From Mobula hypostoma (Eukaryota): a stretch of DNA of 64,000 bases. Every line of letters begins with the position of its first letter. Positions within the stretch are counted from its first letter, which is position 1. Below, piece by piece: positions 53,005 through 64,000 of this stretch. The stretch lies in assembly GCF_963921235.1 (NCBI RefSeq), contig NC_086097.1:183088001-183152000 (forward strand), read 5' to 3'. Position numbers and translations under genes: made by a program. A model generated the notes under the pieces. The model saw only the letters and a list, made by a program, of their open reading frames with translations, ran no database searches and was not told the origin of the DNA.

Positions 53005-54917
53005 TGTTGGAGTCTATTATTGAGGATGAGGTTTCAGGGTACTTGGAGGTACATTTTAAAATAGGCAAAAGTCAGCATGGTTTTCTAAGTGGAAATCTTG
53101 CCTGACAAATCTGTTGGAATTCTCTGAGGATATAACAGACAGGATAGACAAAGGAAAGTCATTGGACGTTGTTTATTTGGATTTTCAGAAGACCTTTGAC
53201 AAGGTGCTACATAGAAGGCTGCTTAACAAAATAAGTGCCAATGGAAATATGGGAAAGGTACTAGAATAGATAGAGGATTGAATGACTGCTAGGAGGCAAA
53301 GAGTGGGAATAAAGGGAGCCTTTTCTGGTTGGCTGCAGTGATGTGCCACAGGGATCAGTGTTGGGATCATTTCTTTTCGCGCTGTATGTCAGAAATTGAT
53401 GGCTTTGTGGCCATGTTTGCAGACAATACAAAGATAGGTGGAAGGGAAGGTAGTTTTGAAGAAGCAGGGTGTCTGCAGAAGATTTAACCATATATAACCA
53501 TATAACAATTACAGCACGGAAACAGGCCATCTCGGTCCTTCTAGTCCGTGCCGAACTCTTACTCTCACCTCGTCCCACTGACCTGCACTCAGCCCATAAC
53601 TCTCCATTCCTTTCCTGTCCATATAGCTGTCCAATTTAACTTTAAACAACAGCATCGAACCTGCCTCAACTTAAGATACACAGGTGAATGAGCAAAGAAG
53701 TGGCAGATGGAATATAATGTAAGATAGTGCATAATGATGCTCTTTGGTAGAAGGAATGAAGATGTGGACTATTTTGTAAATGGGAAGAAAATTCAAAAAT
53801 CAGGTGCAAAGGAACTTGGGATTCTTTGTGCAGGATTCCCCAGGGGTTAACTTGCAGGGTTGAGTTGGTGGTTCATAGATTCATTTATTACTATCAAAGT
53901 ATGTGTCCATATACAACTCTGAAATTGATAAGGAAAGCAAGTGCAATGTTAGCATTCATTTCGAGAGGGCTAGAATTTTTTAAAAAAAGCAAAGATGTAA
54001 TGCTGAGGATTTATAAGGCATTGGTCAGACTGCACTTGGAGTATTGTGAGCAGTTTTAGGTCCTTTATCTAAGCAAATAGGTTGTCCAGAGGAGGTTCAT
54101 GAGAATGACCCCAGGAATGAAAGGGTTAACATATGAAGAGCATTTGATGGCTCTGGACCTGTACTGAGGGGGGTTCTCATTAAAACCTATCGAATATTGA
54201 AAGGTCTGGATAGAGTGGATGTGGAGAGGATATTTCCTATAGTGGGGGAATCTATGATCAGAGTGCGCAGCCTCAGAACTGAGGGACATCCATTTAGAAC
54301 AGAGATGAGGAACAATTACTTTAGCCCAAGGGTAGTGAATCTGTGGATCTCTCTGCCACAATGGCTGTGCAGACCAAGTCAATGTGTATATTTAAGATGG
54401 AGGTTGATAAGTTCTTGATTAATCAGAGTTGCAAATGTTCCAGGAAGAAGGGAGGAGAATGGGGTTGAGAGGGACAATAAGTCAGCCATGTTGGAATGGA
54501 GTAGATTCAATGGGCCGAGTGGCCTATTTCTACTCTTGTGTCTAATGGTCTTGTGATCAAGGACCCATTCACCTAGTCATTTTCTCACCACCATTCTCCT
54601 CCCCCCCACCCCCACATTAGTCAGAAGATACAGAAACTTGTGAAAGTATACCACCAGGTTGCAGGACAGCTTTTACCCTGTTATATGACTCTTGACTTGA
54701 TCTCTTATTCTACAAAGCAGAAATCTTGATCTCTCCATGTGCCCCCCACAGCACTACGCTTTGTCTGCAGCTCTAACAGTACATTCTGCATAGTTTTTCT
54801 TTTTTTTTAAATACTACATCAATGTGTCAGTGTATGGAATGATCTGTCTGGCTCGCACACAAACAAGTTTTTCCACTGTGTCTGTACTGATTACCAATTA
54901 CTGATTAATGTTACCAG

Positions 54918-55048
54918 ATGACTCATTCACAAAGTGTCAACATTACACTGAAACTCGGAACATATCCAAGGGTTTGTGTCGGCTGGAGAATGTGCTTGTC
55001 AGTTCCTGCAGTGGAAGCTGCCCGTCTCAAGTACAAGTTATCCCAGAG
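54918..55048 (+). CDS. SSPO: SCO-spondin exon, CTCK N-half: (D)DSFTKCQHYTETRNISKGLCRLENVLVSSCSGSCPSQVQVIPE
   Basis: Acceptor TTACCAG|, donor GAG|GTAAGG; phase 1-0; CxGxC cystine-knot motif. Confidence 0.94.
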
Positions 55049-55184
55049 GTAAGGACTTAGGTTCTTGGTAAAGTATTGAAGATTAAATAGACAATGGTAA
55101 TGAAAAGTTCTCTTTCAGATTTAAGGCATGGTGTTGTACTACTGCTTTTCTTAATATTCATTACCTTATTCAGCCCCCACAACT

Positions 55185-55596
55185 AGTCATAGTCATACTT
55201 TATTGATCCCGGGGGAAATTGGTTTTCATTACAGTTGCACCATAAATAATAAAATAGCAATAAAACGATAAATAATTAAATAGTAATATGTAAATTATGC
55301 CAGTAAATTATGAAATAAGTCCAGGACCAGCCTATTGGCTCAGGATGTCTGACCCTCCAAGGGAGGAGTTGTAAAGTTTGATGGCCACAGGCAGGAATGA
55401 CTTCCTATGACGCTCTGTGCTGAATCTCGGTGGAATGAGTCTCTGGCTGAATGTACTCCTGTGCCCAACCAGTACATTATGTAGTGGATGGGAGACATTG
55501 ACCAAGACGGCATGAAACTTGGACAGCATCCTCTTTTCAGACACCACCGTGAGAGAGTTCAGTTCCATCCCCACAACATCACTGGCCTTACGAATG
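55185..55596 (-). mobile_element. Rex1/Babar 3' fragment, same family as 1913-3272, inserted in a Tc1 left end
   Basis: Near-identical to about 1915-2330; AACTA on both sides. Confidence 0.85.
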
Positions 55597-55599
55597 AAC

Positions 55600-56450
55600 T
55601 ATTTTACGAACTATTTGCACATTTTACTGTCTCTTTTTCTACATTTAAAATATATTGAAGTAGTATTTGTTGAACTAACCTACAAAGCATTATGCATCAT
55701 GTCAAATCAAAATAAAAATTCCAAAAGCTCTCAGCAATTTGCTAAAAATTAAAAACCAAAATTGTCAGGCTGAAGTAGTATTTATCTCCTTTGTAATTAT
55801 TATACTAACTTTCCTTAGGTGTAATACTATATACTACCTTACCAACTCACCCAGTTTGATGTTGAAAACTGCAGGATCACCTGAATAACTACCCCCTCTC
55901 TTTCTATAAGGTCCAACAGTGTGATAGATTTCCACCAGATCAAACCAAAATAAAAGACACAAGAGTATTCAAGGCAAGTCAGGGAAATGATGATAGTGAA
56001 GCACAAATCTGGGGAAGGGTACAAGACCATCTCAAAAGCACTGAACATATTTCAGAATTCAGTGCAGTCCAGTGTGAAAAAGTAGAAAAAATATGAAACC
56101 ACAGCCACACTGCCTAAGTCAGGCCACCCCTCTAAACATAGTTGCTGGAATGACACTAATAAGAGAGGCTACTGTGACACTAACAGTCTCTCTGAATGAG
56201 CTGCAGAAGTCAATGGCTGCACAATCTCTACGGCCTTGCACAAAAAGGGTAATTATGGAAAAGTGGCAAGGAAGAAGCCCTGGCTAAAGAAAAAAAGGAA
56301 GCATACCCTTGCCACTAAGGAGTTTGCAAAGCATCACTTAGTAGATACTATAAAGATGTGGAAGAAAGTGTTGTGGTTGGAGTCTAAAGTGGTACTTTTT
56401 GGCTTCAACACTAAGCGGAACACATAGCCTGAATCTAATACTGGGCATCA
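55600..56450 (+). mobile_element. Decayed Tc1-like transposon 5' part (HTH region)
   Basis: KHKSGEGYKTISKALNI..TATLPKSGHPSK, GKVARKKPWL, MWKKVLWLESKVVLFG. Confidence 0.78.
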
Positions 56451-56916
56451 GCAAGTTTACAAATTTACTCCGGACGACCTGAGTTACAAGCAAAGATTGA
56501 CGAGGATAGGACTGTATTCTTTAGAATATACAAGACAGATTTGATGGAGGTATACAAAATTATGATGGGTATAGATAGGGTTAATGCATGCAGGCTTTTT
56601 TCCAGTGAGGTTGGGTGGGACTACAACCAGAAGTCATGGGTTAAAAAAGGTGAAACGTTTAAGGGGAACTTGAGGGGAAACTTCTTGACTCGGAAGTTGT
56701 GAGAGTGTGGAGTGATCTGCCAGCACAAGTGGTGCATGCGAACTCGATTTCAACGTTTAAGAGAAGCTTGGATAGGTACATGGATGGTAAGGGTGTGGAG
56801 GGCTATGGTCCCAGTGAAGGTTGACGGGTGTAGGTTCTTTAAATGTTTTCAGTATGGACAAGATGGGCATGTTTTTGTGCTGTACTTCTCTATGACGCTG
56901 TCTGATTCTGTTACAG

Positions 56917-57067
56917 GAGCCATATCTACAGAGCAAATGTGAGTGCTGCAGTTACCGTCTTGACCCCGAGAACCCCGTGCAGTTCATGAACTTGCAGTGT
57001 GATAATGGAGAGGTGGAGCCGATTGTCCTTCCAGTTATTCATAGTTGTGAGTGCAGTAGCTGCCAAG
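56917..57067 (+). CDS. SSPO: SCO-spondin exon, CTCK C-half: [50 protein letters not shown](G)
   Basis: Acceptor TGTTACAG|, donor AAG|GTGAGG; phase 0-1; CxCC and CxC motifs; 11 Cys across the domain as in VWF/mucin-type CTCK. Confidence 0.95.
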
Positions 57068-57299
57068 GTGAGGAAGCGTCAGAAAATATTGAATCTATTC
57101 AAGGTAACTGATGCTTGGCAAAGTTATAGTACTCAAAAACAGGAGTCAGACTCAAGGAGGATCAGTAACAAATCCTGACCTCAGGATAATCAGGAAATAA
57201 AAAGTAGGAGTGGCAGCTGAGTGTTCTGGGGTATAGGTGTTTAGACGAGATATAGAGGAGCAGGAGTTTCTTGTTGATTAAGGGGAGCGTCATAGTGTC

Positions 57300-60200
57300 A
57301 TAGGCATGGAAACAGGCCCTGTGGCCCATCTGATCAATGCCAGGTGCAGCACCTCCTTGCTAGTCACAATTGCTGATGTTCAGCCCATAACTCTCCAAGC
57401 CTCTTCTCTCCATGAGAAGTTGTACCAATTGTATCTGCCTGAACCACTTCCTCTTTGTAGTTAGAAATGACGTAACTGAAGAATCGTCTAATGAGGCTTC
57501 ATGTGTTGAGCTGAGAAATAAGAAGAAAATGATCATGTTTGCAATCGTACTAAAGGCCCCCCCCCAAGTAGTCTTGGAGAATTACGGGAATAAGTGTGCA
57601 GGGAGACTTATGAGAATAGGCTTTACATTATAGAATACATTAACTTCCTTAACATTGACTGGTATTGCCTTAGTGTTATAGGCCTAGATGGGGTGGAGTT
57701 TGTTCAGCAGAAAGTTTCTTCAGCCAACATACAGGGGGCCCCCCATTAGGGAAGGCAAAAGCTTGATATACTCCTGGAAATAAGGACAGACAAGAGACAG
57801 AGTTACAGTGGGGGAGCAGTGTGGGTCCTGTGACACAGTTCTATCAATTTTAAAACAATTCTGTAAAAGGGCAGGACTGCTGCACGGGTTTAAATTCTGA
57901 ATTGGGACAAGGAGGTGCCAATCAATATTAGGGAAGTTGAAGTCAGCCATAGCAACAACTTTATTTTTGCACCTTTCCAAAATCTACCTACCTATCTGCT
58001 CCTCGGTATCCCAGTGGCTATTAAGGGGCCTGTAGATTACTCCCAACGGAGTGGTTGCTTCCTTCCCGTTTCTGACTTCCATCCACACTGACTCAGTAGA
58101 TGATCTCTTCATGATATCCTCCCTTTCTGCATCTGGACACTGTCCTTGATGAGCAATAGCACTCCCTCTCTGTCCCTTTAGAAACATCTAAACACCAGAA
58201 CATCAGCCAATGATGTCCTTATGACAGTCATGTCTCTGTAATGGTCACAACATCATAATTCCATGTACTAATCAATGCTTTAAGTTCATCACCCTTGCTC
58301 TTAATACTTCTTTTTGTGATACCAATGTTTCAGACATAAATAAGCAAGGAATGAGGGGATATGAACCATTACCAGCACATGGCCGTACTGTTCTGTGTAA
58401 GAAGGCATACAGCATGTTTGCCTTCATGGGTTTGGACATGATGTTGCGACTTTACAAAGCACTGACTAGACTGCAATAGGAGTGCATGTGGTTCTGGTCA
58501 TGTACAGGAAGGATGTGGTTGCACCGGAGAAAACGCAAAGGAGTTTCACCAGGATGTTGTCCGGATTGGATAATCTGGGCTAGTTTTCCATGATCAAAGG
58601 CAGTTGTAGGGAGACCCTGTGAATATACAAGCAGCATGCACAAGGTAGATAATTGGAATCTTTTTGCCATGCTATGTATCATAAGCGTGAAGGTGCAAGT
58701 TTATGGTGAGTGGAAGCAGTTTAATGTGGATTTGAGGAAAACCATTTGACACAGAGTGGTTGATACAAGATTAGGACATCCTTTTGCAGTAGTACAAATC
58801 ATTGCTTAGACCACACAGAGTTAATGTACAGCTCTCAGCACCATACAACAAGAAAGATGCCGTAGTGATAGAGTGAAGAAGTAATTCAGCAGGATGTTGC
58901 CTCAAATCGAAAGCTGTACTTGTAAGGAGAGATTGGATAGAGTGGATTTGTTTTGCTGTAGTATGAGGCTGAGGGATAACCTTATTGTGGTTTATAAAAA
59001 TTAGAAGGAGCATAGGTAGTCAATTTTTAAAAAAATCCAGGAATAGGGGTGTAGAATAGAGAGCACAGGTTTAGGATGAGATGGAGAAACTTGAAGTAGA
59101 TCCAAAGGGTAGGTTTTCCACACAGAGGGTGGTAAATATCTAGAACAAACTGTCAAAGAATTCAAAGTAAATTTATTATCAATGTATGTAAATGTTACCT
59201 CATGCTACATTGAAATTTATTCTCTTGCAGACATTTACAGGAAATACAATAGAATTTATGAAAAATTATGCAAACAAAAACTGACAAACTGCCAATTATG
59301 CAAAAGACAACAAATTGTTCAAAAAAATACTGAGTCCTTGAAAGCAAGTTTGTAGGTTGTGGAATTAGTTTAGAGTTATAGTGAGTGAAGTTATACATAC
59401 CGGTTCAGGAGCTAGGTGGCTGTAGGACAGTGACTGTTCCTGAACTCGGTGATGTGGGACCCAAGGTGAAGAAGGTTTCAATTATAATGTTTCAAAGGCA
59501 TTTTGTCTAGTATTAGGATAGTGGGATTCAGACATAAAGCAGGCAAACAGATCCGTGTAGACAGGCATGATGTTTGCCTGAATGAAGGGGGACAAAAGGC
59601 CTTGTTTCTGTGTAGTTTGATTCTATGACAGCCAGAGGTTGCTGAGAGAAATGATGGAGTCAGATACAATCACCACATTTAGGGGACACTTTGATGCAAA
59701 CATAATTGGAAAGACAAAAGATATAGACTTAATGGGAGTAATGTAGATGGACAAAAACGCTGGCAGGAGTGTGGTGGGCTGAAGGGCCTGTTTCTATGCT
59801 GTACACCTCAGAGGCTCAGGGACTCGTGTGCAGTGTAACAACATGAAGCTTTGCTTATAAGGGGCAGATGTAAGGCACGAGCATGTGACGAGGAAATAAG
59901 GGGCTGTTGTGCTGGACAAAGAAAATGACTGAAAATGGACAGATCCAGCAGATGAAGATGCATGGGAACAATGATGATTTGGTAGTTCAGATTCAGAATT
60001 GGCTTGTCCACAGCAGTCAAAGATCGTGGTGGAATGATGTTGCTCTGGCTGGAGGTCTATGAACAGGGATCGGTGCTCGCATCTTTGTTATTTGACATAT
60101 AGTAAATATCAAGTGAGTTAGTAAGTTTGCAGATGACAGAGCTTGGTGGAGTTGTGGATAGTGAAGCAGGTTGTCAAAGGATACAACAAAATATTCATCA

Positions 60201-60420
60201 GTTACCGATCTGGGCAGAGAAATGGTAAACAAAATTTAGTAATTTAATCCAGGTAAATATGATTTTTTTGCACGAGGGTGGGGGTCATCAAATGAAAGTG
60301 GAAATTAATGGGAGAACCTGTAAAAGCTGGCCACCCAGGTAGAAAAGGTAAACAAGGTGGATGCCATTACCAGTCAGAAGGTTTTATATAGCTGCAACAT
60401 AACTTTGGTTAGGCTGAACT
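57300..60420. mobile_element. Mosaic of old CR1 and other LINE fragments, both orientations
   Basis: Degenerate CR1 APE/RT translations (57720-58187) and tails; individual boundaries not resolved. Confidence 0.6.
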
Positions 60421-60430
60421 TAGAGAATTA

Positions 60431-61429
60431 ACAAAAGATTCTGCAGATGCTGGAAATCACACACAAAAAATGTTTGAGTAACACAGGTCTGGCAGCATCT
60501 ATGGAAATGAATAAATAATTGATGTTTCAAGCTGAGACTCTTCATTAGAACTGGAAAGGAAGGGGGAAGAGGGTGGTGGGAGGTGGGGAAGGAGTGCAAG
60601 CCAGAAGGTGATAGGTGAAACCAGGTATATGATGGAGGGATTGTGAATAGGAAGTTGGGAGGCGATAGGTGGAAAAGGGAAAGGGCTGGAGTATAAGGAA
60701 TCTGATAGGAGTGGAGAGTGTGAGAAAGGGAAGGAGGAGAGACAGAGGTGATAAGCAGGTGAAGAGAAGAGGTAAGAGTGGAGCTAGAGTGGGGAACTGA
60801 AGATGATCTGTTGAGGTTATCTCCTGATACAGTGGTGAAACCAGACATTGATAGACGCTCAACAAAGCAGTTCCCCCTTTGCTCCATCCACAAAAAGCAG
60901 GATTTCCCTGGTGACCAACTATTTTAATTCCAATCCCCATTCCAATACATTAGTCCACACCCTCCTCTATCGCCATGATGAGGCCACCCTCAGGTTGGAG
61001 GAGCAACACCTCATATACCTACACTTCTGGGTAGACTGGCATGAACATCAATTTCAGCAACTTCCAATAATTTTCCCCTCTCCCTTTCCTCTTCTTCAAT
61101 TCCCCTCTCTGCTCTCCTATTCACCTGCCTATTAACTCCCCTGGTGCCCCTCCTCCTTTCCCTTCTCCCATGGCCCACTCTCCTCTCATCAGATTACTTC
61201 TTCTCCAGCTCTACCTTTTCCACCTTTCACTGCCCTAGTTTCTTACCTCATCACCCCTCCCCATCCACTTGGCTTCACCTATCACCTTTTAGCTCTACTC
61301 CTCCCCCCCACCTTCTTATTCTGGTTTCTTTCTCCTTCCCAGTCCTGATGAAGGATCTCGGCCTGAAATGTCAACTGTTTATTCATTTCTATAAATGCTG
61401 CTGAGTTCCTGCAGCATTGTGTGTGTTGC
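60431..61429. mobile_element. Penelope-like insertion with inverted pLTRs and a GIY-YIG C-terminal remnant
   Basis: Left arm inverted relative to right arm; NYFNSNPHS..HDEATLRLEEQHLIY; degenerate 13-bp TSD ACTTAGAGAATTA (60418-60430) / ACTTGGAGTATTA (61430-61442); hammerhead-like core at 61345-61372. Confidence 0.8.
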
Positions 61430-62142
61430 ACTTGGAGTATTATGTACATTTCAGGAAAGGTGTGGAAGCTTTGGGAAAGAGTACAGAAGAAGTTTATCAG
61501 GATGCTGTCTGGATTGGAGGGAATGAGTTATATCGAGAGGTTGGCCAAGCTTGAATGTTTTCTCCAGAGCAGAGGTTGAGGGAAGACCTGATTCGAGGTG
61601 AAGATAGAGTGACAGTGTGCATCTTTTACCCAGCTTAGAAATGTCAAATATCAGTGGGCATGGATTTAGGGTGAAAGGGGAAAAGTTTAAAAGGGACATG
61701 CAGGGCAAATTTTTTTTTGGTTATACAGAGAGTGATATGTTCGTGAGGTGAGCTTCCAGCGATGATGGTGGAAGTAGATACAATAGTATTATTCAAGAGG
61801 CTTTTAGAGAGGCAAAGGAGATTTAGTTTAATTTGGCATTGTGTTAGGCACAACAGCACAGGTTGTTGGGCCTGATGCCATGCTGTGCTGTACAGCTTTA
61901 TCTTCTATGTACGTGCTTGCAATGCGAAAGTGCAAGCCTGTAAGAGGGGACTTGAATGCCAGTTCTAGTGGAAGGATTCAAGGCACAGCTTCAAAGTGAA
62001 CAGACACAAAGCATATTCTGAACTGGGCAGCCACAAAGCACATCTTTGTAATGGATCATGCAATCCCTTCAAAATAACTTTTGAATTTCTAGTAAAATTG
62101 AAGCAAATTACCATTACTGAATTCTTGTTCTACTTTTTCCAG

Positions 62143-62165
62143 GTGGAGATTTTTCCGGACGCTGA
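62143..62165 (+). CDS. SSPO: SCO-spondin terminal coding exon: (G)GDFSGR*
   Basis: Strong acceptor TTCTACTTTTTCCAG|; phase 1 fits; GGDFSxR is the SCO-spondin C-terminus as I recall it; TGA at 62163-62165 followed by non-repetitive AT-rich UTR. Confidence 0.9.
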
Positions 62166-62321
62166 GTTATTCCTTATAATCTGGTTATTTAGGTTCTATC
62201 CAGTGATTTATTGAACAAGTTTATTCTTTCAATACAAAAAGTGATTTCATTTGGAGAGATTATGTAACAGATCAATATCAGCCAAGTTTGTTTTTATTTA
62301 AAACTCATCATGTGTGCTTCT

Positions 62322-62327
62322 AATAAA
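62322..62327 (+). terminator. Polyadenylation signal of SSPO (3' UTR about 62166-62345)
   Basis: AATAAA about 157 nt after the stop, followed by a GT/T-rich tract (AATGTTTGTG). Confidence 0.75.
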
Positions 62328-62777
62328 CAGATTAATGTCCTTTGCCCAAGAATGTTTGTGTAATTTAAGAGAATTCAAATCATTAATACTGACATAAGAG
62401 TTGTTCCTATTCTCTGGAACTCAGCCACCTTGTAATTCATGGAATCTGTGCTGGGATCTAGTTGTAAAGGGGCTTGGGAATCCTCAAAGATGAGTCTAGT
62501 AAGGAAGCCAAATGCAATGTTAGCATTCATTTCAAAAGGGCTAGAATATAAAAGCAAGGATATAATGTTGAGGCTTTAAGGTATTGGTCAGGCCACACTT
62601 GAAGTATCATGAGCAGTTTTGGGCCCTTCTCTTATTCCAGCACATAATTTCTTAGATAAGGTCCATTTCACTGAAATGAGAAGGTTAACATATGAGGAGT
62701 GTTTAATTACTGGAGTTGAGAAGAATGTGGGTGGTGGTGGGGAGAGATCTCATTGAAACCTATTGAATATTGAAAGG

Positions 62778-62937
62778 AAACAACAGGAATTCTGCAGATG
62801 CTGGAAATTCAAGCAACACACATAAAAGTTGCTGGTGAACGCAGGAGGCCAGGCAGCATCTCTAGGAAGAGGTGCAGTCGACGTTTCAGGCCGTGACCCT
62901 TCGTCAGGACTGTACCTCTTCCTAGAGATGCTGCCTG
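62778..62937. mobile_element. 160-bp fold-back Penelope pLTR-derived cassette, same family as 31652-31821
   Basis: 13-bp TSD GAATATTGAAAGG (62765-62777 / 62938-62950); first ~70 bp nearly identical to the 31.6-kb copy. Confidence 0.87.
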
Positions 62938-62938
62938 G
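62849..62938 (-). ncRNA. Type I hammerhead ribozyme motif with 31-bp helix I
   Basis: Minus strand ...GGUACAGUC-CUGACGA-AGG(GUCACGG)CCU-GAAA-CGUC-GACUGCACC...; arms 62849-62879 and 62908-62938 pair at 30 of 31 positions. Confidence 0.8.
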
Positions 62939-64000
62939 AATATTGAAAGGCATAGGCAGAGTGGAGTAGGAGAGTAGATTAGGAGAGTATGTTTCCTATT
63001 GTGGGGGAGTCAATGGCTAGGGGGCACAGCCTCAGAATAGAAGGATGTCTCTAGAACAGAGACGAAGAATTTCTTTAGCCTGAGGATGATGAATCTGTAG
63101 AATCCATTACTAAGTCCGGCTGTGTAGACCAAAGACTTTATTTAAAGCAGAGGTTGATAGATTCTTGATTAGTAAAGGCATTAAAGGTTACAGGGAGAAG
63201 GTAGGAGAATGGGGTTGAAGGGGATAATAAATCAGCTATTATATAATAGTGGAGCAGCCTCAATAAAGCCAAATAGCCTAATTGTGTCTATTTCTTATTC
63301 CTGTAAGACCACAAGACACAGGAGCAGAATTAGGCCATTCAGCCTATCGAGTCCACTCTGCCATTTCATCACGGCTGATCCTGGATCTGCCTTCTCACCA
63401 TATCCTTTGATGCCCCGACCGATCAGTAATCGATTAACTTTCGCTTTAACTACACCGCAGTCTATGGCAGAGCACTCCACAGATTCAATACTCTTTGGCT
63501 AAAAATAATTCCCCCTTGCTTCTGTTTTTAAAAGGTTACCCCTCAATTTTGAGTCTGCGCCCTCTAGTTCTGAATATCCCCACCAGAGGGAACATCTTCT
63601 CCACATCCACCTTATCTTGTCTTTTCAACATTTGGTAGGTTTCAATGAGTTCCCCATGCATTCTTCTAAATTCCAGTGAGTACAGGCCCAAAGCTGCCAG
63701 ACGCTCCTCATACATTAACCCCCTCACTCCTGGAAACAACCTCGTGAACCTCCTCTGGACTCTCCACTGACAACATATCCTTTCTGAAAGAATGGGCCCA
63801 AAACTGTTGACAATACTCCAAGTGCAGCCTGACTAGTGTCTTATAAAGCTTCAGCATTATCTTGTTCTTATATTCTATTCCCTTGAAATAAATGCCAACC
63901 TTGTATTTGCCTTCTTTACCGCAGACTCAACCTGTAAATTAACCTTCTGGGAGACTTGCATGAGGATTCCCAAGTCCCTTTGCACCTCTAATGTTTGAAT

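Larger units (their letters stand above)
47830..54555 (+). mobile_element. Old near-full-length CR1 (ORF1 esterase part + ORF2) hosting several nested insertions
   Basis: Host reading resumes across each insert (VLYLNV|HSILNKVDDL; ILDWVL|CNDP; VGKLL|ESIIED). Confidence 0.8.
62430..64000. mobile_element. CR1 3' fragments downstream of SSPO (+ to about 63300, then - to window end)
   Basis: CR1 C-terminal translations (LGLYSLEFRRM..RTRG) and tail-to-tail 3' ends near 63300. Confidence 0.75.

Overview
Eukaryotic, repeat-saturated vertebrate DNA, most likely a cartilaginous fish (inferred from the CR1/Rex1/Penelope repeat content). The window holds the 3' end of the SCO-spondin gene (SSPO, Reissner fibre glycoprotein) on the + strand. 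I read 13 GT-AG exons by eye that join in phase (1-92 through 62143-62165; about 506 aa: TSP1-TIL-vWC-like-TSP1-TIL-vWC-like-TIL-vWC-CTCK, ending GGDFSGR*), with a polyA signal at 62322. Nearly all intronic sequence is transposon-derived: a full-length decayed L1 with a 17-bp TSD, young and old CR1 LINEs, Rex1/Babar LINEs, Penelope-like elements, a solo LTR, and Tc1, Tigger and hAT derivatives. The most unusual structures are: (i) 160-170 bp fold-back Penelope-derived cassettes with minimal hammerhead ribozymes and 13-bp TSDs; (ii) a 1.64-kb palindromic Tc1 derivative built from two copies of the transposase 3' half that share a stop at the catalytic E; (iii) a composite hAT-like element with a 6-bp TSD. 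No prokaryotic-type system is present. All calls are by manual reading; no searches were run, and boundaries of old repeats are approximate.
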